Under the pieces are notes generated by a model. That model was not told where the DNA came from. It searched no databases and saw only the letters and a list, made by a program, of their open reading frames with translations. DNA of 63,971 nucleotides, filler included, from an uncultured bacterium (GTDB lineage: Bacteria; Hinthialibacterota; Hinthialibacteria; Hinthialibacterales; Hinthialibacteraceae): the NCBI GenBank assembly GCA_964449065.1. It is 3 parts of 3 records of this genome, joined end to end, with 100 filler letters (N's around TTAATTAATTAA, not from the genome) between each part and the next. Parts side by side here need not be neighbours in the genome. Positions count along the whole stretch, not along the records: positions 23,380 to 46,618 come from CAYVAZ010000033.1; 2 more parts are not named here. One strand, written 5' to 3'. A program made the translations under genes and the position numbers. Of the stretch, positions 29,448 to 40,819 are shown piece after piece. The first letter of the stretch is position 1. Every line of letters starts with the position of its first letter.

Positions 29448-30269
29448 TTAATTCATGATTTCCCAATTTACCACCGCTGTATCGGCAGGGATTTCATCGA
29501 AGTTAAAGAAACTATCGACGATACCTGTTCCTGTTAATACCTCAGTGTTATCGGTGGAGTGAGGAGTGTAGAACACACCCAATACCGGTGGATCTAACGA
29601 ATCATCATCATTGATAACAAGAGTGTTATCCGGCAAACCCCGGTCCAGGTTATCATCCGGCTCCAGCCAGGGACCTTCCGCGCTTTCAGCGGTTAAAATT
29701 TGGAACACATCACCGGTACGTACCAAACGGGTCCACCAGCCGGCTTTGGGGCCGCTGCCGTCATCGCCGCGGCGTGCGCGGTCTGTGCCATCACCAAAAT
29801 TTAACCGGAATTGCGCCCGCAAACCATGAGAACGGGAAATTTGTGAACCCACATAAGGTGCGAATTCGGTAAGCCCTTGCCGGAACACGATCCCGGCTTT
29901 TTCCCACTCATTGCCGCCGTTCGGTGGGGTATTGTTGGCGGCATCAGGGTCGCCATCCAAATTGCCGTCAAAACTGATGACATGCAGTACCACATCGAAA
30001 TCGCCGGTGACTTCCTGATAGACGAACGTCATTCCGTCGTCATCTTCCCACACATCCCAACCGTTGTTGGTAATGTGCAGTTGACCATCAATAACCTCCG
30101 CACCGCCTTCCGCCGATTCAAAGTCCCCTTTGGCAGGGCCGGAACCGATGACCTCAACTGTCCATTGTGAACCCAATCCGTCGTTGAAATTATCGCTGAC
30201 GGGCGATTGCGCCAATGCTCCTGATGCGATGAGCAAGCTGGCCGCACTGGTTAAAACTACATTCTTCAT
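29448..30269 (-). CDS. Secreted ConA-like (DUF1349-like) beta-sandwich protein
   Basis: Signal peptide; DVW..DDGMTFVYQEVTGDF, WEKAGIVFRQ, RLVRTGD. Confidence 0.7.
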   Translation of the reverse strand: MKNVVLTSAASLLIASGALAQSPVSDNFNDGLGSQWTVEVIGSGPAKGDFESAEGGAEVIDGQLHITNNGWDVWEDDDGMTFVYQEVTGDFDVVLHVISFDGNLDGDPDAANNTPPNGGNEWEKAGIVFRQGLTEFAPYVGSQISRSHGLRAQFRLNFGDGTDRARRGDDGSGPKAGWWTRLVRTGDVFQILTAESAEGPWLEPDDNLDRGLPDNTLVINDDDSLDPPVLGVFYTPHSTDNTEVLTGTGIVDSFFNFDEIPADTAVVNWEIMN

Positions 30270-30534
30270 ACTAAAGCCTCCCAAATATTAAGAAATTTAG
30301 CATATTTTTAATATGCTATTAACATATAATTTCAGAATTAACGTGAAAGTTCAAGGGATAAAGTTGCAATTAAGCAATTGATTTTTAATAACTTAAAAAT
30401 ATTGGTTCGAAAGACGGATTGAATTGTTATTTCGCTTGAAGCGGTAAGTTAGACATAAACATAATAAAGTTAGCGCGTTATAAAAATATAAGATCACCAT
30501 GAAATGATAGTTTTCAAAACAATATTATTTACAT

Positions 30535-30708
30535 GTAACAGGTCAGCGATATGAAGTGCATATTAAAAAATCGAATAGATTTTCTCTTTCCTCCCCCAAT
30601 GCAATGGGGGAGGCTAGGTGGCGGTTAAACGCTCAGTGCTTCAAACCCTCCCCTAACCCCTCACACCTTTGGGAAGGGGAATTTCTCTTCAAGTGGCTGA
30701 CCTATTAC
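30535..30708 (+). mobile_element. MITE family A, copy 1
   Basis: 13-bp TIR GTAAYAGGTCAGC; 8-bp direct repeat ATTTACAT on both sides. Confidence 0.85.
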
Positions 30709-32062
30709 ATTTACATAAACCGTTCAAATAGTCTTCCAAATTGGTATATCCATCCCCGTTTTGATCCTTATTGCCATCACCCGGATCACTTGGGTTCAAT
30801 CCGTGTTCCGCTTCCCACAGATCGGGCATGCCGTCGCGGTCGGAATCGGTAGGCGCCGGGGTGGAATCGAGTTGCGGCCAGCCGCCGACTTCTTCTTGGC
30901 TGTTAATGATCTGGCCCGTGCGGGTTTGGACTTCGTTTACGACGCGGGTGTCGTTGGCATCGCGGGTAGGGAGGCTTGCGCCGCCTGCTGCCATGACCCG
31001 TGCATAAGCAGTCCAAGCGTCTTCATCTTTTATTGGTCCGGTCTCGAATGGCTGGTTTTGTTTGTATTCGCGAATGATATCATCAGACCAGTCCTCGTCA
31101 AAAAGAACCAAATCCCATTGATTTTCCAGTATTTGATAATTGTAAATGTTGCCTGCGAAGAATGATTTATTGTAGGGAGAGCCGGTGCGGTAGGCTTTGC
31201 CTTTGTCTTCGGAATTGGGGCCGGGGATCAGAAAATTTCCGACATAATTTAAGAACGTTACGCTTTCTTGATCGGCGTTATACCCGGCATAGCCGCCGCC
31301 CCAATTGTAGATGACGTTGTTGCGGAAATCGAGCAGAAGGCCGTCAGGGTCTTCATCATGGGGATTGCGGTCGTAGTTGCCGGGGCGGGGATTGCGGCCG
31401 CGGTTGTGGGCATATAGATTGTGATGAAAGCTGTATTTCGCGCCGCCTGTGCCGCGGATGAGAGAACCATAGCCGTGGTTTTCGGGGTTAAGGGCTTCGG
31501 TGATGAAGCACCATTGCACGGTAACGTTGGTCAAAGTCGGTTCGTCTGTGGAAGCCGATAGGGTTTCATCCAGGCTCCAACCGGCGGAACAATGATCGAG
31601 GATGATGTTAGCGCCTTCGCTGATGCTGACGGCGTCTCCATCATCGCCTTGATCACCGAGACGGCAGCGCAGGTAGCGGATGATGACATCATGGGTTTTG
31701 ATCACGAGGCCGTCATTGCGTATGCAGATGCCGTCGCCGGGAGCGGTTTGTCCCGCGATTGTGATGTAGGGATTTTCGATTGACAGAGTGTTCTTCAGCT
31801 CGATTGTGCCTGAAATTTCAAACACCACCGTGCGGGGGCCTTCTTGCTCGACCGCCCAGCGCAGGCTGCCGGGGCCTTTGTCATCCAAATTGGTGACATG
31901 AATCACCTGCCCGCCGCGCCCGCCTTTTGAATAAGCACCGAAGCCTTCGGCACCAGGAAAGGCCAGCTGCTTTTGTTCATCTGAAAGAGTGAGATTTGCT
32001 ATTACCGTACAAAAAATAGTAAGTAATAGCATTTTATTCGTACAGTTTTTTTGGATAAACAT
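30689..32062 (-). CDS. Pectate lyase-like polysaccharide lyase (PL1-type)
   Basis: AFPGAEGFG, GPGSLR, IAGQTAPGDG, DHCS.GWS.DE, RNPR; C-terminal DSD.DGMPD.WE. Confidence 0.88.
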   Translation of the reverse strand: MFIQKNCTNKMLLLTIFCTVIANLTLSDEQKQLAFPGAEGFGAYSKGGRGGQVIHVTNLDDKGPGSLRWAVEQEGPRTVVFEISGTIELKNTLSIENPYITIAGQTAPGDGICIRNDGLVIKTHDVIIRYLRCRLGDQGDDGDAVSISEGANIILDHCSAGWSLDETLSASTDEPTLTNVTVQWCFITEALNPENHGYGSLIRGTGGAKYSFHHNLYAHNRGRNPRPGNYDRNPHDEDPDGLLLDFRNNVIYNWGGGYAGYNADQESVTFLNYVGNFLIPGPNSEDKGKAYRTGSPYNKSFFAGNIYNYQILENQWDLVLFDEDWSDDIIREYKQNQPFETGPIKDEDAWTAYARVMAAGGASLPTRDANDTRVVNEVQTRTGQIINSQEEVGGWPQLDSTPAPTDSDRDGMPDLWEAEHGLNPSDPGDGNKDQNGDGYTNLEDYLNGLCKCNRSAT

Positions 32063-32143
32063 CGATATACCCGTTTCATATCATTTTGATTTTTTTATTC
32101 AAACAAGAATTGCACGAAATGTCGAGCCAACGACCATGTTGTT

Positions 32144-33580
32144 TCACGATTTTCGCAAAACGGTTCGGTACGATTCATAGAGAAGAATCAAGAAAAACGG
32201 GACATATTCGAATTGCCGCACCCATGGGGGGTATACAAACTGCTCGCCGGTGAAGAACAAGTAATAGACAAAACAAGCCAACGAAAGATAAAACCAGGAG
32301 ACGCAGGGAAAGAAACACAAAAATGGGGTAACCCATGCGATATACCAGGGATTGGCAACCGGGCTGCATAGGAGAATTGTGCCGATTAAGAAAAAAGCGT
32401 ACTTGAGTTTTGTTTGATCATCCGTTTCCGGTTTTCGGTGGATTTGAAGCAATAAAAACAGAAACACGCAGCCCACGATTAACACACCTGATAGTTTCGC
32501 CATAAAGAATGCATCGAAGGTGAAGGGCACCCCCGCCCATTCGGCCATGACGCTGCCTTGGTTCCAAGCGGGGATGCCGATGGATTCGTATCCCCATTCC
32601 ATTGCCGAGACCAAACTGCTGTTGCTTTCCCACCGTTGGGTGAAGTGGGCGTACCCGGCATAACTTTCTTCGCGCCATTGCACAAACGGCGCGCTGATGA
32701 GGATGCAGGCGGTCACAAAGACGCCCCATACTTTCCATTGTGGAAGTTTGATCCAGAAAAAGAGCAGCGGAAAGGTGAAGTATTTCGTTAAGACCGAGGC
32801 CGGCCAAATGATCGCGGAAAGAAACGATTGTTTTTTGCCCCACATCAATACGCCTAGAAAGAACAGTGAGAGCGCAATCCCATCGAAATGCGTGGTGTTA
32901 ATATACTCCTTCAATACAAGAGGCGACCAGGCATAGAAGATGACCAGGGCGGGATTTTTGTTCCACAAGCACAGCAGTTTGATGATGCTGTATATCAAAA
33001 GGCCGTCAAAGATGAGAATGACGCCGCGCCAAACCATCAGCGAAAACGGTTGAGTGAGCGAAGCCGCCATAAACAGCATCTGTGTGAATGGTGGGTAAAT
33101 GGTGTTTACAGTTGCATTGTTGATATCGTTTAAGATGTAAAAGCGTTGTTCATCATAACGAACTTTGTCGAGAACTTCGTATACTTCTTCGCGTTCATCT
33201 ACCGGTAAGTTTTTTGTTTCGTTGCTGTCTAAAAACAGCGATGGCGGGTATTGGTAGGGATTCATACCCTGCGATGTCACAAAGCCATCCCACAGGTAGC
33301 GGTTCCAATCGGTTTCTAAGATGGGATTGCTTGGAAAAAGAACGATACGAAACAGGATTGCCCACAGAATGACCCAACGTGTGTGTCGGGAAATCCATTG
33401 GTTGCGGATGCCATAAGCCGCAACTGCATACGCGACTGCCATGATGCCCAAAACGGTTAACAATAAATACACTTCATAGGCAACGGCGGTGGGATCAATC
33501 CAATACGAGCACCATGTCATCCACCCGCATCCGCAGGCGGTAATCAATCCACAGATATGAAAGGCAATTGCAGGTTTCAC
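32144..33580 (-). CDS. Membrane glycosyltransferase (GT87/DUF2029-like)
   Basis: DWNRYLWDG, NPY, TIYPP, NPWY; multiple TM segments. Confidence 0.8.
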   Translation of the reverse strand: MKPAIAFHICGLITACGCGWMTWCSYWIDPTAVAYEVYLLLTVLGIMAVAYAVAAYGIRNQWISRHTRWVILWAILFRIVLFPSNPILETDWNRYLWDGFVTSQGMNPYQYPPSLFLDSNETKNLPVDEREEVYEVLDKVRYDEQRFYILNDINNATVNTIYPPFTQMLFMAASLTQPFSLMVWRGVILIFDGLLIYSIIKLLCLWNKNPALVIFYAWSPLVLKEYINTTHFDGIALSLFFLGVLMWGKKQSFLSAIIWPASVLTKYFTFPLLFFWIKLPQWKVWGVFVTACILISAPFVQWREESYAGYAHFTQRWESNSSLVSAMEWGYESIGIPAWNQGSVMAEWAGVPFTFDAFFMAKLSGVLIVGCVFLFLLLQIHRKPETDDQTKLKYAFFLIGTILLCSPVANPWYIAWVTPFLCFFPCVSWFYLSLACFVYYLFFTGEQFVYPPWVRQFEYVPFFLILLYESYRTVLRKS

Positions 33581-35070
33581 GATTCCAGTTCGGCGTTGGT
33601 TTCGTCTTCAACCGGGCGTGTGACTTCGGCCCAGATATCTTGGAAGAAGGCGAGTCCGGTGAACAAAATAAGCCCTAGCAATCCGCCCAGGACGGTCATC
33701 AATGAACGGCGGGGGAACACGCGTTTATCGGGCTTGATGGCGCGGCCGATGGAGGCATCGGATAATTGCTCGTCAAACCCTCCGCTGTCCAGCATCATCG
33801 CTTCGCGCCACAGCGGTTGGATTTCTTCCCACTGTTGTTTCGCTTGAGCAACGTTGCGCACCAACGCGCTGCGTTCGTTTTCTTTTTCGACCAGCGTTTG
33901 ATTAAGCGTATTGATGCTGGCGGCGACTTTTTGAATCTGTTGGTTGACAGCGTTTAGTTCGCGTTGGTGGAGTTGAAGTTCTTCCGCATTGCCCTCACCC
34001 TGCTGCAGCCGTGTGATGTCTTGTTCGAGAGCGTTTTTTTGCGGGATGAGCGCCTCATCGTATTTTGCCGTGGGCGAAAACAGGGTGGTTTCGGTAGCGA
34101 TGGTTTTTTGATTCACGAACGGTTTGGTCTCGTCAGCCACATCAAAGGCTTCTTCGGATATGGTGGAGCGCTGCGTTTTTTGTGTGACGCCATACAGCAA
34201 AATGTGTTTCGCTTCGATTTCCGCGCGGATGCGTTCAATCGCGTTTTGCTTATCAAAATCCGCCAATGCGGCTTCGGCTTTGTTTAAGGCTTCTTCGGCG
34301 ATTTGGTTGCGCTGCTTTTGCAGTGATACTTCTTTATTAAAAATACCGCGTACGGTTTGTTCCGCCCGGGCTTGGAACAGGTTCAGCCATACATTGGCCA
34401 GCATTTTGGCTTCGACCGCGGATCCGGCTTCGGCCGCGATGCTGATGGTTTTGGAAAACTCTTTTTCCAGGTTGGTGTCCACCAAGACGGCAATGTGGGT
34501 GGAAAGATTTTGCCGCAAATCGTGAACGGTCCAATCTTCATAGTCATCGATGTCTTCGTGATAAATGGTTTCAATTCCTTCACCGCTTAGATGGCCGAGG
34601 ATGGAGATGCGGGTTTGGTACATCAAGTCATCTTTTTCTTCACCGGAAAGCAGCAGTTCCGATAATACTCTCAAGTTGGTGTTTTCGATCAATTGATAAT
34701 CGGTTAGCGTTGCGGCTTTTTCCGCCAAATTCTCTTTTAAGCGGTTGATGGCATCGGTATCCAAAAGGGTATGGATGGAGCCGTGCAGCCATTGGAAGGT
34801 GTCTAAAATTTCGCGGTAGAGGCGGTCTGAGGTTAAGATGCTGTTGTACCAGTTTACATCGAAGCCTTGCTGATCTGCGATTTTGAGGTTGGTTTTATAT
34901 GCCGGGGTGGAGATGGTCACCCCGCTGTTGGCACGCCAGGTCTCCGGCCAAACCAATGAGACGATCATTGCCACAATACCGGCTCCCACCGCCCCTTTAA
35001 AGATGAACCAGCGTTTGAGGTAGATGACCCGTAAAAATTTCACCAAATCATACGCGAATGTATCTGCCAT
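33577..35070 (-). CDS. Wzz/GumC-like polysaccharide chain-length determinant
   Basis: N- and C-terminal TM helices, coiled-coil middle, AIKPDKRVFPRR. Confidence 0.75.
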   Translation of the reverse strand: MADTFAYDLVKFLRVIYLKRWFIFKGAVGAGIVAMIVSLVWPETWRANSGVTISTPAYKTNLKIADQQGFDVNWYNSILTSDRLYREILDTFQWLHGSIHTLLDTDAINRLKENLAEKAATLTDYQLIENTNLRVLSELLLSGEEKDDLMYQTRISILGHLSGEGIETIYHEDIDDYEDWTVHDLRQNLSTHIAVLVDTNLEKEFSKTISIAAEAGSAVEAKMLANVWLNLFQARAEQTVRGIFNKEVSLQKQRNQIAEEALNKAEAALADFDKQNAIERIRAEIEAKHILLYGVTQKTQRSTISEEAFDVADETKPFVNQKTIATETTLFSPTAKYDEALIPQKNALEQDITRLQQGEGNAEELQLHQRELNAVNQQIQKVAASINTLNQTLVEKENERSALVRNVAQAKQQWEEIQPLWREAMMLDSGGFDEQLSDASIGRAIKPDKRVFPRRSLMTVLGGLLGLILFTGLAFFQDIWAEVTRPVEDETNAELES

Positions 35071-35154
35071 GTTGTGTCCTTACTATCATTAGATGCGATG
35101 TTCTGAATTGTACTGTATTTTCTTATGATCAAAAATATGGAGTGACCGGATTTT

Positions 35155-35329
35155 GTAATAGGTCAGCCGCTTGAAGAGAAATTCCCCCTCCCAAAGGTGA
35201 GAGGGGTTAGGGGAGGGTTTGAAGCACTGAGCGTTTAACCCCCACCTAGCCTCCCCCATTGCATTGGGGGAGGAATGAGAAAATCGATTCGATTTTTTGA
35301 ATAGGCACTTCATATCGCTGACCTGTTAC
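35155..35329 (-). mobile_element. MITE family A, copy 2 (inverted)
   Basis: Near-identical reverse complement of 30535-30708; 8-bp direct repeat CGGATTTT on both sides. Confidence 0.85.
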
Positions 35330-35335
35330 CGGATT

Positions 35336-36058
35336 TTATTGTTTCTCTCTTGCCGTGAATATGACCTGTGTGTTAAGCAGCGATCCAAGCCATTTCATTG
35401 GCAGACCGGCTTGTGTGATATGTTTGAAGTGCTTTTTGAGTTCATCTCTTACAGTGCGGAAATCGAAACCCTTGTGCGACGACAAACTCTCACGCTTGAT
35501 CTTATCCATCCGCCCGGTGGCGGCATGCCAAATTTCCGTCCAGGAATATTTGCCTCTGTACCCGCCGAAACAGAGGTTCGAAACTCCTTGCTTGAGCAAA
35601 ACCGGAAGCCCCAGCTCAATCGGAACCGAAACAATCAACGTGCCGTCATCCGCCAGGATGCGCTTGAATTCCGCAATCGCGCCGGGCATATCGTATACAT
35701 GCTCCAAGGTTTCCAAACAACAAATGGTATCGAAGGATTGATCCGGGAAGGGCATTCTACAGACATCGCCTTGCAGGGCGATGAGGTTACCGTCATCCGC
35801 CAAGCGTTGTTTGAGTGTTTTGAGCGCTTCGATGTTGTGATCGGCGCCGACGGCAATGGAATACCGCCCGTTTGCCCGAACGATCAACTCGCCATCCGAG
35901 CATCCCGCGTCCAAAAAGCGTTGGCTGCCGTCTAAATTCGCCAAACGCACCGCCTCATTGATATGCGCGGCGTGCACCCAGTTCATCACGCGGTGGCGGC
36001 TGTGGTAGAGTTGTTTGGAATGGCCGCTGGGATCGTATTGAAACGTGGGCTGATTCAT
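35336..36058 (-). CDS. Class I SAM-dependent methyltransferase
   Basis: LDAGCSDG, PFPDQSFD, ETLEHV. Confidence 0.88.
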   Translation of the reverse strand: MNQPTFQYDPSGHSKQLYHSRHRVMNWVHAAHINEAVRLANLDGSQRFLDAGCSDGELIVRANGRYSIAVGADHNIEALKTLKQRLADDGNLIALQGDVCRMPFPDQSFDTICCLETLEHVYDMPGAIAEFKRILADDGTLIVSVPIELGLPVLLKQGVSNLCFGGYRGKYSWTEIWHAATGRMDKIKRESLSSHKGFDFRTVRDELKKHFKHITQAGLPMKWLGSLLNTQVIFTAREKQ

Positions 36059-36337
36059 GATTCTCTTTTCATAAGCATTTAAAGTAACGCGAAAGGGTGA
36101 ACCGAGAATGCGCGCGATTCAACGCGAATAATACTATTGTCAATTTAAAATGAATGATTTCACTTGTTTGTCAATTATCATGAACGCGAATACCGTATGT
36201 AAATCAAAACAGTATAAAACAAACTCATTTCAAACAAAGCACTGATACGATCTTCACCAAAATTTGCACTTTACTTTTTTCTGTTCTGGTTACAATTCAT
36301 GAGATCTTTATCCTGTATCGTGTTGGATTGTGGTTTT

Positions 36338-37735
36338 ATGAAGCGTGTAATTCAAATGGTTATTATTGGAGTGTTGGGCGTCTTTTCTCCGGCACATTCT
36401 TCGGTGCAATCCTTGGCGCAAAGCACCGGTGAACTCTTGCAACAGATGCAAGAGCAAATTCAAAACTTACAGCAGCGCGTGACAGATTTAGAAAACCAAA
36501 ACGCCGAACTCAAGAAGCAACTATCCATAGAAGACACGAAGCCAGCCGCTCCAACAATAGAGTCTCTTTCACCGGAAACCCCTTTAGAGAAAGAAGCCGT
36601 CCCAACCACGGAAATCAAATCGCCTCATGACGGTCTTTTTTCCGCGCCCAAAGTCACATCGGATTACCCCATCGATATCTACGGCCGCTTGCAGTGGGAT
36701 GCTTCGTATGATGATTCACGCACGAACCAGGGCAACTTCAGCCGCTGGGTGCTGCCGGAAACCACCAATTCCGGTGACGATCAATTCAACACCACCGGCA
36801 GCCGTACCCGCCTGGGGATGAGAATTACCGGGCCGGATTTTTATGCCGCCCAAACCACCGGGTTGGTGGAAGGCGATTTCTTCGGCGGCGGCGATGACAA
36901 CAAACCGCGGTTTCGCTTGCGGCACGGCTTTGTGCAGCTGCACTACCCGCAATACGATCTCTCGTTCTTAGCGGGACAGACGTATGATATTTTTTCTCCC
37001 TTGTTCCCGCCAACGGTGAACTTTACCACCGGGTTTTGGGTAGGCAACATCGGCTTTCGGCGGGCGCAGTTTCGTGTGACCAAAAACTGGAATATACAGG
37101 AGGATACGAAATTTACCGCGGTGGGCGGGTTTAGCCGCACCATTGGTGACTTGACCGGATTTGATCCTGGAGACACCGGAGAGGATGCCGGGTTCCCCAC
37201 TTTGCAGGGAAGAATTGCTTATACGTCTCCGCTGTGGCTGGATTCTCCGGCGACTATCGGCCTGTCCGGCCATTGGGGGCAAGAAGAATACGACTTTGAT
37301 GTTTTCGGGAACCACCACGATTTGGATACCTGGTCGGCCAACCTGGATCTTACTCTTCCTATTTATGATAAATACAAAGTCACATCCGAATGGTGGGTGG
37401 GTGAGAATTTGGATACCTACGTTGGCGGTATTAACCAAGGTGTAAATCCTCTTACACTGGAAGAAGTGGGTGCCTGGGGTGGATGGGCCGCTTTAACGAT
37501 GGGGCCTTGGTATGATGTAAGATACAATATCGGCGCGACACTGGATAACCCTGAAAACGGCGATTTGAACGGCGGGGGGCGTTCACAAAACGAATCTTAT
37601 TTTGCCAATTCGATTTGGCAAATGAATCAGGCCCTGCAAATGGGATTGGAATTTTCATACTGGAAAACCGAATATATCGGTTTGGATGAAGGCGACAGTT
37701 TTCGAGTACAAACCAGTGTGAAGTATAAGTTTTAA
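36338..37735 (+). CDS. Outer-membrane beta-barrel porin (DcaP-like)
   Basis: Signal peptide, N-terminal coiled coil, EGDFFG, RLRHGF, terminal Phe (KYKF). Confidence 0.8.
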   Translation: MKRVIQMVIIGVLGVFSPAHSSVQSLAQSTGELLQQMQEQIQNLQQRVTDLENQNAELKKQLSIEDTKPAAPTIESLSPETPLEKEAVPTTEIKSPHDGLFSAPKVTSDYPIDIYGRLQWDASYDDSRTNQGNFSRWVLPETTNSGDDQFNTTGSRTRLGMRITGPDFYAAQTTGLVEGDFFGGGDDNKPRFRLRHGFVQLHYPQYDLSFLAGQTYDIFSPLFPPTVNFTTGFWVGNIGFRRAQFRVTKNWNIQEDTKFTAVGGFSRTIGDLTGFDPGDTGEDAGFPTLQGRIAYTSPLWLDSPATIGLSGHWGQEEYDFDVFGNHHDLDTWSANLDLTLPIYDKYKVTSEWWVGENLDTYVGGINQGVNPLTLEEVGAWGGWAALTMGPWYDVRYNIGATLDNPENGDLNGGGRSQNESYFANSIWQMNQALQMGLEFSYWKTEYIGLDEGDSFRVQTSVKYKF

Positions 37736-37904
37736 ATGGATGGATTTTCTGTTGATGAATTGATGTTATTTAACCGCGAATGGACGCGAATCACCGCGAA
37801 TAAAGCCAATGTATGTTTAAGCGTGTTAGAGTTTCCTAATTTATGCGCATTGAAACAATAAAGCAATATACTATTCTCTAAACTCTTATCTCTGACCACT
37901 GCCC

Positions 37905-38180
37905 CTAATACATCTCATTCACGATTCGATCTACCACGTTGGCCTCAATGCCGGAATCTTCTTTTTTTGACATTTCCATGACAATCATGCGCATTTGTTC
38001 TTGGCTCATCAATTGATGAACTTTATGTACCCGGTCGAGCGTATGACATTTCGAACACAACTGCTCAAAATTCGGGTGGCCTATGGTTTGTGACATATCA
38101 TCATGCGGGACGGTGGCGCAGCCCACAGCAAGGATTCCTGCAATAACGAATAATGGGAAAAAGTAAACGTAAACGTTCAT
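37905..38180 (-). CDS. Small c-type cytochrome lipoprotein
   Basis: Lipobox AVGC; CSKCH. Confidence 0.7.
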   Translation of the reverse strand: MNVYVYFFPLFVIAGILAVGCATVPHDDMSQTIGHPNFEQLCSKCHTLDRVHKVHQLMSQEQMRMIVMEMSKKEDSGIEANVVDRIVNEMY

Positions 38181-38294
38181 GATGCTATGCCTTAACCATA
38201 AGATACAACTAAATTGTAAGGAAATCTCCCCATCTTCGCAAGGATTGGGTTTTCATTTACAATAAGTCGTTTTTAGCGAAACAAGTGAGGCAAT

Positions 38295-39304
38295 ATGTTG
38301 AAACGATTTCGTCTTTTGCTTTTATCAATCGTACTGCTTACCGCTTTTGTCTCCTGCACAAATCAAACCGATTCTCCGTCTGAAGACATGTTTTCCGTCA
38401 TCATGATCACCGATATCGGCGGGTTGGGCGACAAAGGCTTTAACGATGCGGGGTGGATGGGGTGCCAAGACGCGCGGCAGCGTTTAAAGGAACAGGGAGT
38501 GGAGATTTCCATCAAGGTGGTGGAATCGCGGGAGCAGACCGATTACAACGATAACCTTACCCTTGCCGCCGAAAAAGCCGATGTGGTGGTGGCGTTGGGC
38601 TTTTTGATATTGGATAACGTGAAAGAAATAGCCCCGCATTACCCGGATACATCGTTTGTATTTATCGATGGGGAAATTGAAGCCGGCAATGTCGCCAGTT
38701 TTACCTTCCGCGCGAATGAAGGCGGTTTTCTCGCGGCGATATTAGCCTCGTATGTGACCCAAACCGGAATCATCGCGGTCATGCCGGGGATGGATATTCC
38801 ACCGGTGGAATCGTTTGCATCGGGATACCGGGCCGGCGCCAAAATGCCGCTTTGCGGCCATAAGAATATGAAAGTGCTCTCCAGCACCATCGGCAGTTTT
38901 AACGATCCCGTCAAAGCGAAATCGCTGGCACAAACGCTGCTGAACCAAAACGCGGATGTTATTTTTCAACTCGCCGGCAACAGCGGTTTGGGCGTGATCG
39001 AAGCCATTCGCGACGCCCCGGAAGGCCGCTTTGCCATCGGCGGTGACATCAACCAAGATGATCTGGAACCGGGAAAGGTGCTCACCAGCGTGCTCAAACG
39101 GATGGACAGAGTGATCTCCGATCAAATTGTTGCGGCCTATAATCAGAATATCGAATACGGTGTCTTTGATGTGGGGCTGGAAGACGGCTACATCAGCTTA
39201 ACCGATATGCAATACACCAAACACCTGATACCGGACGATGCGTTCAAGGCGGTTGATAAAGCCAAGCAGATGGTGATCAACGGGGAAATCGATGTTCCCG
39301 ATAC
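38295..39304 (+). CDS. BMP-family ABC substrate-binding lipoprotein (3' end in gap)
   Basis: DIGGLGDKGFN, GSFND, AIGGDINQD, TSVLKR. Confidence 0.9.
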
Positions 39305-39404
39305 NNNNNNNNNNNNNNNNNNNNNNNNNNNNNNNNNNNNNNNNNNNNNNNNNNNNNNNNNNNNNNNNNNNNNNNNNNNNNNNNNNNNNNNNNNNNNNNN
39401 NNNN

Positions 39405-40819
39405 TTCAATCCAACCACATTCACGCGTTGCTGGGCGAAAACGGGGCGGGGAAATCCACCCTGGTTTCTATCTTGTATGGATTGCTGCAGCCGGATAGCG
39501 GCTCCATCTTACTGAATGATCAAGACGCAAAATTTTATCATCCCCATGATGCCATCCGCAACGGCATTGCCATGGTGCAGCAGCATTTGTCTCTCATTCA
39601 AGATTTCACGGTGCTGGAAAATTTGATGCTGGGGCAAGAGCATACCGCCTGGGCCGGTATGAATAAACCAATTGCTGAAGGATACTTTCTATCGCTGGCA
39701 AAGCGGTATCATTTGGAACTTCCCCTGCACAAACAGCTAGGCGATTTGCCGGTGGGGATCCAGCAGCGGGTGGAAATCGTAAAGGCAATGAGCCGCAATC
39801 CCCGCGTCATCATATTCGATGAACCGACCGCCGCCTTGGTGACGCATGAGATCAAGGCCTTTTTGCGGACTATGCAGCATTTGCGTGATCAAGGCATGGC
39901 GGTGATCTTTATCACCCACCGGATGAATGAAGTAGTGCAGGTCGCGGATACGGCATCTGTTTTAAGAATGGGGAAATTGGTCTTTCAACAAGACCGCGAG
40001 CATTTCGATCAAAACAAAATTGCCTCCGCCGTTGTTGGAGACATGAACCCAACGGAAGAGTATGCTCTGCCTTCTACCGGAAGACCGCTTTGTGTGGTAG
40101 AAACCCTGCGTGCAGAAGGGAATCCACCGATTGAAGACATTTCTCTCACTTTGCATGAATCCGAGATTGTGGGGATTGCGGGTGTGGCGGGGAACGGGCA
40201 GGATACGCTCATCAAATCTCTGGTCGGCATTCACAAAATAGAACGCGGTTCGATTGTCTTAGAAGATAAGCCCATCCAGCAATTGGATGTATACCGAAGA
40301 AAACAATTGGGCATAACGTTCATCCCGCAAGACCGGAGATGTTATGGATTGCTGGCTGATTTTCCGTTGTGGGAAAACGTTTTGCTAAACCGGCTCACTT
40401 CATCCATGCAAAACCGCAGCCTTTTAAATACATCATCCATTCAAGCAAAGACCGATTCGCTGTTACGAAATTTTTCGGTAAAAGCAACATCCTGTAAACA
40501 AGCGGCAAACGCTTTGTCCGGCGGGCATCAGCAGCGTTTGATTATCGCGCGCGAACTATCCGCCAATCCCAAAGTGATCATTGCCTACGACCCCACCCGC
40601 GGCTTGGATATCCGTGCCTCACGCTTTGTACATGAGCAGCTGATTGAAGCGGCCAAGAACGGGGCTTGCGTTTTGCTGTTTTCATCGGAACTTTCCGAAC
40701 TGTTTCTGCTTTGCCATAGCATCGGGGTATTGCACCGGGGGAAACTCTCAGTGCCCCGTTCCGTTAAAGAATGGACGCGAGAATCGTTGGGATACGCGAT
40801 GACCGGAGGCGGTTTATGA
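39405..40819 (+). CDS. ABC transporter ATP-binding protein, nucleoside/sugar type (5' end in gap)
   Basis: GENGAGKST, DEPTA, LSGGHQQR, PTRGLD. Confidence 0.92.

Noticed and set aside
30556..30852. Similar ORFs at 30556 (+) and 35089 (-) encoding KKSNRFS..SPNAMGEARW
   Set aside because: Translations of the MITE copies, not genes.
30535..35329. Composite transposon formed by the two inverted MITEs
   Set aside because: Each copy has its own distinct 8-bp TSD, indicating separate insertions around ordinary chromosomal genes.
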